Positions 36,813 to 47,017 are shown, numbered from the stretch's first letter. The stretch: 64,000 nt of DNA from Longimicrobiales bacterium (GCA_041690395.1 JAWLHJ010000003.1:384001-448000), one strand, 5' to 3'. Notes: generated from the sequence alone by a model not told the origin. Numbers and translations: made by a program.

Positions 36813-38333
36813 TCAGGAGGCGGCCAGCACCCGACGCACGGCCTCGCTCAACGATTCGACGGAAAAGGGCTTCTGTAACAGCCCGCGCCCCCCGGTGAAC
36901 GACCTGAGGCTGTCGTCGCCCTCCAGGGCGTAGCTCGCCAGGAGGAGCACGCGGAGACGGGGGTCGGAAGACTGGAGGCGGTCCGCCAGCGCCTCGCCGT
37001 CGATGCCGGGAAGGCCCAGTGCGGTCACCAGCAGGTCCGGCTCCTCCGCCGATCCCTCGAACGCTGCCATTGCCTGCTCGGCGGAGGCCACCGAGACCAC
37101 CGTCCACCCCAGGCCCTCGAGGACGCGACAGGTGGCGCGTCGCACATCGTCGTCGTCGTCGACGACGAGAACCCTGGGCCCTCCCCCCGGCGGCACGGGC
37201 TCGTGCGTGGGCGTGTTCTCGGACGACGTCGGACTGGCCCTGGGCAGGAGGATTCGGAACGTCGTGCCCACGCCAGGAGCCGAGTCCACCGTGATGAAGC
37301 CGCCGCTCTGCCGGACGATCCCATAGGCCATCGAAAGGCCGAGCCCGGTTCCCTGGGGCGCCGGCTTCGTCGTGAAGAAGGGCTCGAAGACCCGGGCGCG
37401 GGTGATCTCGTCCATCCCCGTCCCCGTGTCCTCCACGGTCAGCTGGGCGTAGTCCCCAGGGGGGATCGACGGATCCTTCCGGGCATCCTCCGGCGACACC
37501 GAGACATTCTCGGTAGCGAGGACGAGGACGCCGCCCCGGGGCATGGCGTCCTGTGCGTTCACGGCGAGGTTCATGATCACATGCTCGAGCTGGTTCGCGT
37601 CCACGCGCACCGGCCAACGATCAGGATCGATCCGGCTCCGGATCTCGATGTGATCCGTGAGGACGCGCTCCAGCAGCTCCACGCTGCGCTCGACCACCTC
37701 GGCGAGGGAGCAGACCTCGACGCGCATCACCTGCTTCCGGCTGAACGCAAGGAGGTGTCGGGTGAGGACGCTCGCCCGATGGGCCGCTCGCTGGATGACC
37801 TCGACATCGGTTTTCGTGTCCGGGTCGTCCCCCACGTGCTCCATGAGGAGCTCCAGGCCGCCCAGGATGACGGTCAGCGCGTTGTTGAAATCGTGCGCGA
37901 CCCCGGCCGCGAGCTGACCCACGACTTCCATCTTCTGGGCCTGCTGCAGCTCCCGCTGGATCTGAAGGCGTTCGGTGACTTCGTGGATCGTGGCGATCCG
38001 CACGGGCCGCCCGTCCACGACGGTATCGCGGGACCAGACGTCGGCCGCGAACAGCGATCCGTCCTTGCGGCAGTGCCGCGCAGCCGTGGTCTTCCAGAAT
38101 CCGTGGGGCATCTCGGACATCACCTGTATGGCCTCGGCGCGGCCCTCGGGAGGGCGCACCTCCAGTGCCGAGAGGCCGACGAACTCCTCCCGTTCGTAGC
38201 CATACTGCTCCAGCGCGGCGTCGTTGGCGGCCAGGATGACCCACGAAGCGTGGTCGATGACCAGAACGGGGAGGGCCACGCCGTCATAGACCTGCCGGTA
38301 GTCACCGATGAGGAAGGGGTCCGACGCGGTCAT
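36813..38333 (-). CDS. PAS hybrid sensor histidine kinase with atypical receiver
   Basis: AQKMEVVGQLAAGVAHDFNN, NLAVNAQDAM, DTGTG, FEPFFTTK, GTGLGL; receiver DLLVTALGLP. Confidence 0.9.
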   Translation of the reverse strand: MTASDPFLIGDYRQVYDGVALPVLVIDHASWVILAANDAALEQYGYEREEFVGLSALEVRPPEGRAEAIQVMSEMPHGFWKTTAARHCRKDGSLFAADVWSRDTVVDGRPVRIATIHEVTERLQIQRELQQAQKMEVVGQLAAGVAHDFNNALTVILGGLELLMEHVGDDPDTKTDVEVIQRAAHRASVLTRHLLAFSRKQVMRVEVCSLAEVVERSVELLERVLTDHIEIRSRIDPDRWPVRVDANQLEHVIMNLAVNAQDAMPRGGVLVLATENVSVSPEDARKDPSIPPGDYAQLTVEDTGTGMDEITRARVFEPFFTTKPAPQGTGLGLSMAYGIVRQSGGFITVDSAPGVGTTFRILLPRASPTSSENTPTHEPVPPGGGPRVLVVDDDDDVRRATCRVLEGLGWTVVSVASAEQAMAAFEGSAEEPDLLVTALGLPGIDGEALADRLQSSDPRLRVLLLASYALEGDDSLRSFTGGRGLLQKPFSVESLSEAVRRVLAAS

Positions 38334-38491
38334 GATCGTCTCTTGGCTGGATGTTCGGCGGGCATCGACACCAATCTACGCCACACCGGATGACAGTGGT
38401 GCGCCATGCGCCCAGGGCCCTGCCTGGATGAGGCCCCAGGAGACGCGCGTAGAGTGCCGACCCCTCCAGGGGGGGCTGGTGTAGCAGGCGC

Positions 38492-39439
38492 ATGATTCGA
38501 TTCCACAGCATCCGGCTCGCCGCCGTGTTCGCGGCCGCCCTGATCGTCGTCCTTCCGGCGTGGACCGCCCCGGCGGCGCCCGCTGAGGCGGCCGCCGCCC
38601 GCCACTCCGGGCGTCCCGTCGTTCTCATGCTCCCAGGTCGGGGGCTGAATGGCAGCGACACGGCCAGCCTGCGTCGCGACTGGAACAGCGCCCTGGAACA
38701 GGGAATCGCCTCGGTCGCGGGCGAACGCCTCCTCGACGAGGACGACCTGCGCCTGGTCTGGTACGCCGACGCCCTTGAGCCCGGCACCCGGTCGTGCCCC
38801 GCCCGGAGCCCGCAGGAGCAGGGGACCGCTCAGCATGGCGACCAGAAACGAGCGGAATGGGCGCGCGAGGTCGGCGCCGCCCTGGGATCGGCCGGCAGGC
38901 TCATGGGACTCGTGGCACAATGGATGGAAGGACCCGAAGGAGAGGCGCTGAGATCCATGGCGGGCGACCTCGTCTACCTGGGTGACGACCGCCAACGTTG
39001 CGGCGCCGAGGAACGACTCGCCGAGGCGCTGGCGACGGCCGAGCGCGAGGGGCGCCCGGTCATTCTCGTGGCGCACAGCTTCGGCGCCCTGGTCGCGTAC
39101 CATTACCTGCAGACCCGTCCCGACGCGTTCCCGCGCATCGAGCGATGGATCACCGTGGGATCGCTCCTCGGTCATCCGGAGCTCCGTGAGGTCTTGCTGA
39201 CCGGGGGCGGAGGAACCGGAGTGCCTGCCGGGGTCGGCTCCTGGGTCAACGTGAGCGACCCCCGCGATCCGCTGGCCGCACGCCTTTCGGGGATACGCGC
39301 ATCGCCAGGGGACTCTGTCGCCATCGAGGACCGGACCACCGAGAGCCCCGCCGGCGGGAACCCCCACGATCCCGAACGCTACCTCTCCGATCCGGCCACG
39401 GCCCGGGCGGTGGTGGAGGCGTGGGGTCGGGCGTGGTGA
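38492..39439 (+). CDS. Secreted alpha/beta hydrolase-fold protein
   Basis: Signal peptide, AHSFG nucleophile elbow, TVGS, DPRDP, NPH. Confidence 0.72.
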   Translation: MIRFHSIRLAAVFAAALIVVLPAWTAPAAPAEAAAARHSGRPVVLMLPGRGLNGSDTASLRRDWNSALEQGIASVAGERLLDEDDLRLVWYADALEPGTRSCPARSPQEQGTAQHGDQKRAEWAREVGAALGSAGRLMGLVAQWMEGPEGEALRSMAGDLVYLGDDRQRCGAEERLAEALATAEREGRPVILVAHSFGALVAYHYLQTRPDAFPRIERWITVGSLLGHPELREVLLTGGGGTGVPAGVGSWVNVSDPRDPLAARLSGIRASPGDSVAIEDRTTESPAGGNPHDPERYLSDPATARAVVEAWGRAW

Positions 39440-39598
39440 GGCGCGCTCGCTCGACCCTTCGAAACGACAGCTTCCGCGGCGGATCGCACGGCCACTCCCT
39501 CATCCACGAGCACCTTGCCCGCCCTCGACCCCGATCCTTAGGATTCGCTGCAAACGCACTCCGCAGACGCGCGCGTCTCTCCATCCACCTCGACGGAC

Positions 39599-40123
39599 GT
39601 GGAGTCCCGAAGCATCGCCTCCCGCCTCGCTCTCCTGCTGCCGCTCCTGGCCACCGCCTGCGTGATCGGCGACACGGCCTCGGAGCTCGTCGATGCACCC
39701 GCTGCGATCGGTGGGTCCTTCGGCCGATTCGCCGAGCGCTACGTACCGCTCATCCTCGACGCGGCCGACCGGGCGGGCTACCACTCGGGGTTCACCGACG
39801 ACCCGGAGGACGTCCGAGGCGCCCCGAGCACGTTCGTCCCACGCGTGTCAAGAAGAGACAGGGTGAGAGGCTTCTACTCCGGCGACCTGAGCTTCACCCT
39901 GCACGCTCATGACCCGGGCAACGACAACATCTCCAGGACCTTGACGCTCTACCTCGAGCTCGTGCGTATCCCTCGCGACACGACCTGGTACCTTCTCACG
40001 GAAGACGGATCCCTGGCCTGGCACGAGGAATACGAGCTGTCGACCGACCTCCAGACGACGATCAGGGACGTCTTTCCCGATCGAATGGAGCTCGCGGCCT
40101 ATGCCGAAAGGCATGGGTCGTAG
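39599..40123 (+). CDS. Hypothetical lipoprotein
   Basis: LLLPLLATAC lipobox. Confidence 0.55.
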   Translation: MESRSIASRLALLLPLLATACVIGDTASELVDAPAAIGGSFGRFAERYVPLILDAADRAGYHSGFTDDPEDVRGAPSTFVPRVSRRDRVRGFYSGDLSFTLHAHDPGNDNISRTLTLYLELVRIPRDTTWYLLTEDGSLAWHEEYELSTDLQTTIRDVFPDRMELAAYAERHGS

Positions 40124-40148
40124 GCATCGATGAAGAGCTGAGCCGGGC

Positions 40149-41558
40149 CTACGGGCCGGCAGGGTCGATGCCCCGGGCCGTCCACAGCCACCGCACGCTC
40201 CACCCCCGCGCCCCGGCCAACGCGCGGACCATCCGTACGTCCAGCGGAGTCACGACGTCCGGAGCGTAGAGCACCCCGTCGTCCGGCGCCCAGACCACCA
40301 GCGATCCGGGCGCGTCGGGCAGGTCGATGGGCTCCAAGTGCAGAAGCCGGCCACCCCGCCGCAGCTCCGTCGGCTCGAGCACGACCGTGACCCCACGTGC
40401 ACGGACCTCCGCGCCCCGAAGCACGGCGTCGACCAAAGGCGCCGCGGCAACGGACGTGTACACGGGTACCCCCGCCTGGACCAGTGTCGCCGCACCCCCG
40501 TTGCCCGGCCGAGCGGCCGCTACGATCGCCGCCTCCAGGTCGGTCACGCCCGCCGCGGCCAGTGCCGCGCTCCCGCGCTCGAAGCTGAGTGGCGCGTGCC
40601 CGGCCTCGAGCAGCACCCAGCCGTCCCCGAGCCGCAGAGCGCCCTCGGGAAAGCCGAACCCGTGCACCCGCGCCACGCCGTCGCCCACCACGCTCACGGA
40701 GTCCACCGTCCTATCGTGCATGGGCCCTCGAGCCTGGAGGAATTCGGAGCGCAGCTCGGGCGCCACGTGGAAGGAGTCCGCCGCGAAGTCAGGATCGAGA
40801 TCGGCGGCGCGGACGGTCATCCGCTTGTAGGGCGCGCCCGCCCGCTGGACGTCCCACTGCGTGGGGATGCTCACTGTGCCGAAGGTGCGCCACGCCGAGT
40901 ACCACACCTCCACGTGCATCTCCCCGAACGGAACCAGACCGAAGTCGTTCGGATGGGCGGCCCGGAAGCGGAGAAGCGCCGGCAGGCCCGTGCCGGCATG
41001 GAAGGCCACGGTCACGGGCACGTCCCCACGGAGCGTCGCCCGCACCTGCGTGAACTGTTCGCCTCCTACCACCGTGTCCCCGCCGGCGCGGAGGTCGGCC
41101 GCGCCGTCCAGCATCAGCATGAGACGGTCCGGCGTGTACATGAAGAGCTCGTCGCGCTCGTCGACGTACGCGACGCTCTGCGGCCGGGGGCCGTCGCCCA
41201 TGTCCGTGGTGGCCACGGTGTCCCTGACTACGTTGACGATGCGCTGCGCACCGAAGTCGCGGGTGTTTCGCCAGGCCGGAATCGTGTAGTCCCTCACGTC
41301 CGTGTGCGGCTCGAACGACGGACGATCCGTCCAGGGAACGTCGCGGTACGCCGTGCGCTGCCACTGGGTCATCATGTCCAGCCGGACACGCTCCACGGCC
41401 CGAACCGCCTCGCCGCCCATGAGGTCCAACGCCCGTGCGACCGTACCCCTCGCGTGATCCTGCCCCGCCACCGGCGCGGCCAGGCACGCCAGCGTCGCGC
41501 AGAGCACGGCCGCCCCCGCACGAATCCCCACGATCGAGCCGTTTCCTTCTCCCCGCAT
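40149..41558 (-). CDS. Secreted protein with degenerate metallo-beta-lactamase-like C-terminal fold
   Basis: GGAGG RBS, signal peptide; WVLLEAG..SLVVWAP..VLYAPD, but no HxHxDH. Confidence 0.6.
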   Translation of the reverse strand: MRGEGNGSIVGIRAGAAVLCATLACLAAPVAGQDHARGTVARALDLMGGEAVRAVERVRLDMMTQWQRTAYRDVPWTDRPSFEPHTDVRDYTIPAWRNTRDFGAQRIVNVVRDTVATTDMGDGPRPQSVAYVDERDELFMYTPDRLMLMLDGAADLRAGGDTVVGGEQFTQVRATLRGDVPVTVAFHAGTGLPALLRFRAAHPNDFGLVPFGEMHVEVWYSAWRTFGTVSIPTQWDVQRAGAPYKRMTVRAADLDPDFAADSFHVAPELRSEFLQARGPMHDRTVDSVSVVGDGVARVHGFGFPEGALRLGDGWVLLEAGHAPLSFERGSAALAAAGVTDLEAAIVAAARPGNGGAATLVQAGVPVYTSVAAAPLVDAVLRGAEVRARGVTVVLEPTELRRGGRLLHLEPIDLPDAPGSLVVWAPDDGVLYAPDVVTPLDVRMVRALAGARGWSVRWLWTARGIDPAGP

Positions 41559-41730
41559 CGTCGCCCCCTCCTCCTCGGTCCATGAAAAACTCGCTCCGGA
41601 GCATGCGCTTCCGTCGCGCGCCGTGGTATCGTTCGAAAGGACGATGCCGGGTCGGCCCGGTTTCCGAGGGGGCGCACCCGGCCCTCTCGAGGACGGTCTC
41701 CAGGGAGGGCGGTGGATGGGCAGGGAGAGC

Positions 41731-43158
41731 ATGGCGAACGACGGGGGCGCCGGTCCCGGGGAGGTCGATCCCCGGATGGTCGTGGCGCTGCTCGACGGCG
41801 ATGCGGACGACGACGCGGCCCGCCTCGAGGCCTGGGTCACCGATGGAAACGAGGCCCGCGACCTTCCGAACGCCGTCCGGACCGTCCGTCATGCCCGGCT
41901 CGCCTCCACGGCCCTCAGGTCGGGGAGGACGGACGAGTTGGTCCTGGAGACGCGTCGGGCGCTCGACGCCGCCCCCACGTCGTCCCCACCTCTGCTCTTC
42001 CTGGTGGGAAGCCTGCTGCAGGCGTCCTTCCGCTTCACCGGTGACGCCGAGCTCGGGCGCCTCGCCCTGGACGTCCTCGGCCGGGTGGCGGATCGCGTGG
42101 AAGTGCCACGCCTGGCCGTGCCGGCACGCGGGCTGATGGCGAACATCCACATGATGAGGGGCGATCTCCACCGAGCCGTGGCGGTGGCGGAGGCCGCGGT
42201 GGCGTTGGCCGAGGCGACCGGCCTGGGAGACGACCCCGCGCCCGCCATGGCCTGGCAGTTCCGCGGCTACGTCCTCTTCGAGTGGAACCGTCTGGAGGAG
42301 GCGGAGGAAGCCCTCCAGCGCGCGTGGGACCTGAGTGAGGGCTCCAGGGGCGTGCGGTCCGGAGCGGCGCGCGTGCTCGCCCGGGTGCGGGCGGTCCGGG
42401 GCGACGCCGAGGGAGCCGACGCCTGGCTGGAGCGGATGGAGGCCCTGGTCGCCGAGCCGCTGACGCTACGCAACCGGGAGTGGCTCGCGGCGGTCCGGGC
42501 CGGTCACGCGCTGGGGCCGGGCGCGTTCAAGGAGATCGAGGGCTGGCTCCGCGCGCAGGGGTACACGCCTGCGGACGCCGCACGGTGGGACGATGCCTGG
42601 ATCCTGACCCGCCTTCAGGAGCTGGACCAGGCCCTGGCCCTGCTCGAGGCCACGAGCCAGTGGCCGTCGGTCCTCGCCGTGGCCGGCAGGATCGTCTCGT
42701 GCGCCCGTGCCGAGCGAAGAGGCTTCGCCGTGCGCGCGCTCACCGCCGAGGCCGTGGCGCTGGAGGCCCTCGGACGGCCCCGTGAAGCGGACGCGTCGCT
42801 CGCGCGAGCGCTCGCCCTCGGGACCGACGGCGGGTTCGTCCGCGCCTTCGTGGAGGGGAGCCCCCTCCGCATGGCTCTGCTGGCGCGCGCGGCGGCGGGC
42901 GGACCGGAAGCCCGGGAGGCCACCCGAGTCCTCGAGGCCGCGGCGGCTCCAGGCGCGCCTCCGAGCGCTCGTTTGACCCCCACGCAGGCCGATGTCCTCC
43001 GGAAGGTGGCGACCGGCGCGTCCAACAAGGCGATCGCGCACGCCATGGGCATCTCGGTCACCACGGTGAAGACCCACCTCCGCGCCGTGTTCCAGCGGCT
43101 GGAGGTGTCGTCACGGACCCACGCGGTCGCGCGCGGAAGAGAGTTGGGGCTGCTCTAG
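41731..43158 (+). CDS. LuxR-family regulator with MalT-like TPR region
   Basis: LTPTQADVLRKVATGASNKAIA..VTTVKTHLRAVFQRL..RTHAVARGRELGLL. Confidence 0.85.
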   Translation: MANDGGAGPGEVDPRMVVALLDGDADDDAARLEAWVTDGNEARDLPNAVRTVRHARLASTALRSGRTDELVLETRRALDAAPTSSPPLLFLVGSLLQASFRFTGDAELGRLALDVLGRVADRVEVPRLAVPARGLMANIHMMRGDLHRAVAVAEAAVALAEATGLGDDPAPAMAWQFRGYVLFEWNRLEEAEEALQRAWDLSEGSRGVRSGAARVLARVRAVRGDAEGADAWLERMEALVAEPLTLRNREWLAAVRAGHALGPGAFKEIEGWLRAQGYTPADAARWDDAWILTRLQELDQALALLEATSQWPSVLAVAGRIVSCARAERRGFAVRALTAEAVALEALGRPREADASLARALALGTDGGFVRAFVEGSPLRMALLARAAAGGPEAREATRVLEAAAAPGAPPSARLTPTQADVLRKVATGASNKAIAHAMGISVTTVKTHLRAVFQRLEVSSRTHAVARGRELGLL

Positions 43159-43223
43159 TGGGGCGATCAGCTTTGCTCCGTCGGGCAGCCACGATATCGT
43201 AGGAAGCGCCAGAGGACGCCATT

Positions 43224-43619
43224 ATGCACCCGATCATCAAGCCAGCCCTCGCCGTCACGGCCGCTGCGCTCCTCGCAGCCATGGGTTGTTCCACATCTGC
43301 CACGAACGCCCCGTCCCGCCCGAACGTCGTTTCGGTCGAAGATGCGCACCTCGCCACCCTCCGAGCCCGCGTCGAGCCGCCGGATTCCTCGGTGCTCGAA
43401 GCCTTCGAGTTGATGAACATGATGCCGGAGCCGTGCGAGGAGCTGTGGAACCCCGCGTCCTTCGCCGCGAAGTCGACGGTCCTGAGGCTGACCTACCTCG
43501 AGGACGGGCGCTTTCCGGTCTCGAGTGCGTTGAGGACTCTGGAGGAAAGGGCTCGCCACCCGGAGCGTACGCGCTCCGCATGCCTCGCGGATCCTCGCGA
43601 AGTGAGCCTACCGTGGTAG
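43224..43619 (+). CDS. Hypothetical lipoprotein
   Basis: AMGC lipobox, GAGGA RBS. Confidence 0.5.
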   Translation: MHPIIKPALAVTAAALLAAMGCSTSATNAPSRPNVVSVEDAHLATLRARVEPPDSSVLEAFELMNMMPEPCEELWNPASFAAKSTVLRLTYLEDGRFPVSSALRTLEERARHPERTRSACLADPREVSLPW

Positions 43620-44863
43620 ACGTTCGACTCGGAGGGTGGCCGGTGGGACGGGGTGCGTTGCCCGGTCTCGGGTTGCTGCTGGTGGCTTGCGCGGGGTACG
43701 AGCAGGGGGCACAGGAGTCGGTCGTACGGGACAGCGCCGGTGTCTCGGTGGTAGAGTATCCGCAGGGCATCCCCACCGGCCCTTCCTGGTCGCTGGCAGC
43801 GGAGCCTACGGTCGTGATCGGAGAGGCGGACGGCCCCGAGGAGACGCTTTTCTCCCGGGTCGTGGCGGCCGTGAGCGGTCCTGACGGCGCCCTCGTGATC
43901 GCAGATGGGCAGAGCAGAGAGATCCGGTGGTTCGACGAGAATGGCGAGCATCTCCGAACAGTCGGAGGCTCGGGAGACGGCCCCGGCGAGTTCCGACATC
44001 TCTCGTGGGTAGGGCGCCTGAACGGTGATACGATCGGCGCGTGGGATCGGTCGGCACGTCGATTGAGCTTCTTCTCATCAGCCGGAGATCTCGTAGCGTC
44101 GCAGGAGGTGGGACCGATCGAGGCCACCTTCGACTCGCCCCCCGGCACGTTCATCACGATGACGCCGCAGGTGCGAGGAATCTTCGGTGATGGATCGATG
44201 CTCGCCGAGCTCATCATCGTCTATCCGAATGTCGCGCCCGGGGTGCGGAGAGATTCCGTCCCCCTCATGCTCTTCGATCGAGGGACAGAGGAATGGGACC
44301 GGATCGGTACCATACTCCCGGCAGAGCTCTTCATCGATTCCGAGTCGGCGGTGGCTCTGCCCCTTCCCTTCGGACTCCGGACCCAACTGGCGGTCGCGGA
44401 CGAATGGGCGGTGATTGGATGGGGGGACGAAGCGGGGCTGACCGTCATCGATCGCGGAGGTAGTGCGAGAGCGGTCATCCGGCCGAATCTCGAGCGCATC
44501 CGCCTCGGTCAGGACGAGATCGATGCTGACCGACGGGCCCGTATCGAGGTCATCGCGGAGCCGGATCGAGACGCGTACCGGAGGGCGCTGCAGGCCGTCG
44601 CGTATCCCAACGTGCGGCCCGCCCACGGACGGATCGTCGCTGGTCGCAACGAATTCTGGGTGGAGGCGCCGAGCGGTTCGGGGGCTCCGGAATCCAGCTC
44701 GTGGTTGGTCTTCTCGGATTCAGGGCAGTATCTCGGGTCGCTCGAGGCACCTGGCGGCCTGCAGATTACCGATGTTGGTGACGACCATGTCGTTGGGGTG
44801 CTGACCGACGAGCTCGGTGTTCCGAGAGTCGTGAGGTTCGAGCTGCGAAGAGGGGTGTTCTGA
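43613..44863 (+). CDS. 6-bladed beta-propeller (NHL-like) lipoprotein
   Basis: LVAC lipobox, VRDSAGV, GGSGDGPGEF, C-terminal DELGV. Confidence 0.78.
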   Translation: MVDVRLGGWPVGRGALPGLGLLLVACAGYEQGAQESVVRDSAGVSVVEYPQGIPTGPSWSLAAEPTVVIGEADGPEETLFSRVVAAVSGPDGALVIADGQSREIRWFDENGEHLRTVGGSGDGPGEFRHLSWVGRLNGDTIGAWDRSARRLSFFSSAGDLVASQEVGPIEATFDSPPGTFITMTPQVRGIFGDGSMLAELIIVYPNVAPGVRRDSVPLMLFDRGTEEWDRIGTILPAELFIDSESAVALPLPFGLRTQLAVADEWAVIGWGDEAGLTVIDRGGSARAVIRPNLERIRLGQDEIDADRRARIEVIAEPDRDAYRRALQAVAYPNVRPAHGRIVAGRNEFWVEAPSGSGAPESSSWLVFSDSGQYLGSLEAPGGLQITDVGDDHVVGVLTDELGVPRVVRFELRRGVF

Positions 44864-44885
44864 CTCGACGGGATCAACGTCGGGG

Positions 44886-45101
44886 ATGAGCAGTTATCGG
44901 AAAATGAGCCTGGATCGGGTTGCGGCGGGAGGGCTCGCCAGGCATGGGGCTCTTGGAAGGCGAAGCCGTGAGGACCGTCCTGACTCCGATATCGACTTCC
45001 CTGTGGAGTTCGATGGAGACACAAGTCTCTTCGACGAGCGTCGGCTGGAAAGGCGGCTCAGGCGACGGCGCCGGCCTATCCGACGCGTGGCAGAAACGTG
45101 A
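44886..45101 (+). pseudogene. Remnant of minimal nucleotidyltransferase (MNT antitoxin)
   Basis: EDRPDSDIDFPVEFDGDTSLFD..RLE matches the MNT core. The FGS motif is degraded and no HEPN partner is present. Confidence 0.55.
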
Positions 45102-45273
45102 CACGGCGGGTGGGTGCGGCGACCGCGCGGGATGTTTCTGCCGCATACGGTGGTCAACATGCCACGGGGCGGGATCTCGGCGGCGGCCTTGTGACCTTTC
45201 TGCCGTATAGGGTGGTCAACATCCCAATCGCCGGTCGAGGTCGTACGGGTTGGGATGTTTCTGCCACGTTCGG
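45080..45273. repeat. Cluster of ~35-bp imperfect palindromic repeats (REP/MITE-like)
   Basis: 45129-45163 and 45191-45225 are 29/35 identical. A third partial copy starts at 45252 and an inverted copy lies at 45080-45102. Confidence 0.75.
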
Positions 45274-45445
45274 TCGAGCGACACCGGCAGCGGTTTGCCC
45301 TCCAGGCTTCCGGCCACGGGTCCGTCCCGGGGTACCCTCGCTGTTTCTATCCGGCACGGGTCCATGTATGTCCTAGGTATGACCTACTGGATCCTCGAAT
45401 CACGCCGTGGGCGCCCGCCGGAATCCCCCGGAAAGGCCGACCCAG

Positions 45446-45471
45446 TGAAACCGTCGCACGCGAAGACCGTA
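45446..45471 (+). promoter_or_regulatory. ECF-sigma-type promoter
   Basis: TGAAAC-N16-CGTA upstream of the DUF3224 gene. Confidence 0.5.
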
Positions 45472-45516
45472 CGGGTGATATCCGCAGATCCGACACCTCA
45501 CCCATGGTAGGCACAC

Positions 45517-45903
45517 ATGCACGCTGAAGGCACGTTCGAAGTGGAGCTCCAGCCCACGAGCGCCTCGCCCGTCGAGACCCTCGACCTGAAGAAGCGGTTC
45601 GCGGGCGGGCTCGAAGGAACAAGCGAGGGAACGATGCTCGCGTCCCGCTCCGAAGGCGGAGCCATGTACACCGCCATGGAGAAGGTCCAGGGGACGCTGG
45701 GCGGCCGGGCCGGGACGTTCGTGCTCGTGCACCGAGGAATCATGGCCGCGGGCAAAGAGGAACTCGAGATCATGGTGGCGCCTGGATCGGGCACCGCTGA
45801 GCTCACCGGGCTCTCCGGGCGGATGTCCATCCAGATCGAAGACGGGGTCCACCGCTACACGATGGAGTACGACGTCGCGGAGGAGGAACGGGCGAGTCGG
45901 TAG
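45517..45903 (+). CDS. DUF3224 domain protein
   Basis: AEGTFEV, KRFAGGLEGTS, YTAME, GTFVLVH, PGSGTAELTGLSG. Confidence 0.85.
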   Translation: MHAEGTFEVELQPTSASPVETLDLKKRFAGGLEGTSEGTMLASRSEGGAMYTAMEKVQGTLGGRAGTFVLVHRGIMAAGKEELEIMVAPGSGTAELTGLSGRMSIQIEDGVHRYTMEYDVAEEERASR

Positions 45904-45918
45904 TCCCGAGGCACCGGC

Positions 45919-46398
45919 TCAATCCGAGTCGCCCTGGAGGGCCTTCGTCGCGTCGCGCTGCCGGGCCGCGGCCCTGGACATGAAGGCGGCGATCACGGCG
46001 AGATCCTCGTCGGAGTAATCCTCGTAGAGCTGACCCAGCCGCTCCGTAAGGCCGGCGAATAGCTTGTAGAGCCCCCGTACCCCCTCGTGGTTCACCTCGA
46101 CCCACGTCCGACGGCCATCGTCCGAGTCCTGGACTCTACGAATGAAGCCGCGACTCTCGAGCCGATCGAGGATCCCCGTGATCGAGGGCGGCTTGAGACC
46201 CGCACGCGTGGCGATATCGCCGGCCAGGAGCGGCCCATGCGCTTCCACGAGCCCGAGTACCTTCCACTGGCTGGCGCTGAGACCGGCATGCTCCCCGAGC
46301 ACGGTGTGGTACATCACCGCGGCATCGCTGAGCTCCCGTCCCGCCGCAGACACCCGCTGGATGATCTCGTCGCGGCCACCCTCTCGCCTACCTGCCAT
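45919..46398 (-). CDS. MarR family transcriptional regulator
   Basis: GLSASQWKVL..AGDIA..ITGILDRLE..DDGRR. Confidence 0.9.
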   Translation of the reverse strand: MAGRREGGRDEIIQRVSAAGRELSDAAVMYHTVLGEHAGLSASQWKVLGLVEAHGPLLAGDIATRAGLKPPSITGILDRLESRGFIRRVQDSDDGRRTWVEVNHEGVRGLYKLFAGLTERLGQLYEDYSDEDLAVIAAFMSRAAARQRDATKALQGDSD

Positions 46399-46966
46399 CT
46401 TCCTCTTCCGATGTGGTGAGCACCCGGCGGATCGCACCCCCGCCCCGCCCCGTCGCCCTTCGGGCCTTCGCCCGTCGTAGATCGTCGGCCAGGGGCGGTC
46501 TGCGGAGTCTCGCATGTCGCGCCAGATAGGCCCAGTCCGCGGCCGTGTCGTGCTTCAGCTGCACATGGTAGTAGTTCGCGTACTCGAGCGCGGCAAAGGC
46601 GACCAGACCCACCGCCCATGTCAGGTCCAGCAGGTCCAACGCGCCCGAGCGCCACTGCATGAAGGCGATGGCTGCGACCGCGGCGAATCCGGCCAGGGAT
46701 ACGGCCCTGAGAAGCTGAAACGTCGATCGGAACCAGCGAGGTAGCCGCAGACGGCCGCGCCGAATGGCTGTCAGCTTCAGGTGCCAGTACGTGGCACCCG
46801 AAGCCAGCAACCAGACCGCCAGGACGAGCGCACAGACCCGCAGTGTCCAAGCTCCTTGGTGGTCGCTCCGTCCCCAGGCCGTGACCACCAAGGCCGGGAG
46901 GATCAGAACGTTGGCGCCCTCCCAGTTTCGAAGCCAAAGCAGTCTTCGGCGGATCGCTGAACGCAC
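46388..46966 (-). CDS. Hypothetical 4-TM membrane protein
   Basis: Four hydrophobic segments, LEYANYYHVQL; overlaps the marR start. Confidence 0.65.
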   Translation of the reverse strand: MRSAIRRRLLWLRNWEGANVLILPALVVTAWGRSDHQGAWTLRVCALVLAVWLLASGATYWHLKLTAIRRGRLRLPRWFRSTFQLLRAVSLAGFAAVAAIAFMQWRSGALDLLDLTWAVGLVAFAALEYANYYHVQLKHDTAADWAYLARHARLRRPPLADDLRRAKARRATGRGGGAIRRVLTTSEEEDGR

Positions 46967-46990
46967 TTGAAACTCCTTGGTCCCTTCTTT

Positions 46991-47017
46991 CGTTCATACA
47001 AACTAACTAACTGAACG
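46991..47017. promoter_or_regulatory. Candidate MarR operator in AT-rich divergent promoter
   Basis: CGTTCA-N15-TGAACG inverted repeat between the divergent units. Confidence 0.5.

Noticed and set aside
45129..45286. Possible CRISPR mini-array (35-bp repeat, ~27-bp spacers)
   Set aside because: Only 2.5 diverged units plus an inverted copy, no cas genes and no AT-rich leader; fits REP-like repeats better.
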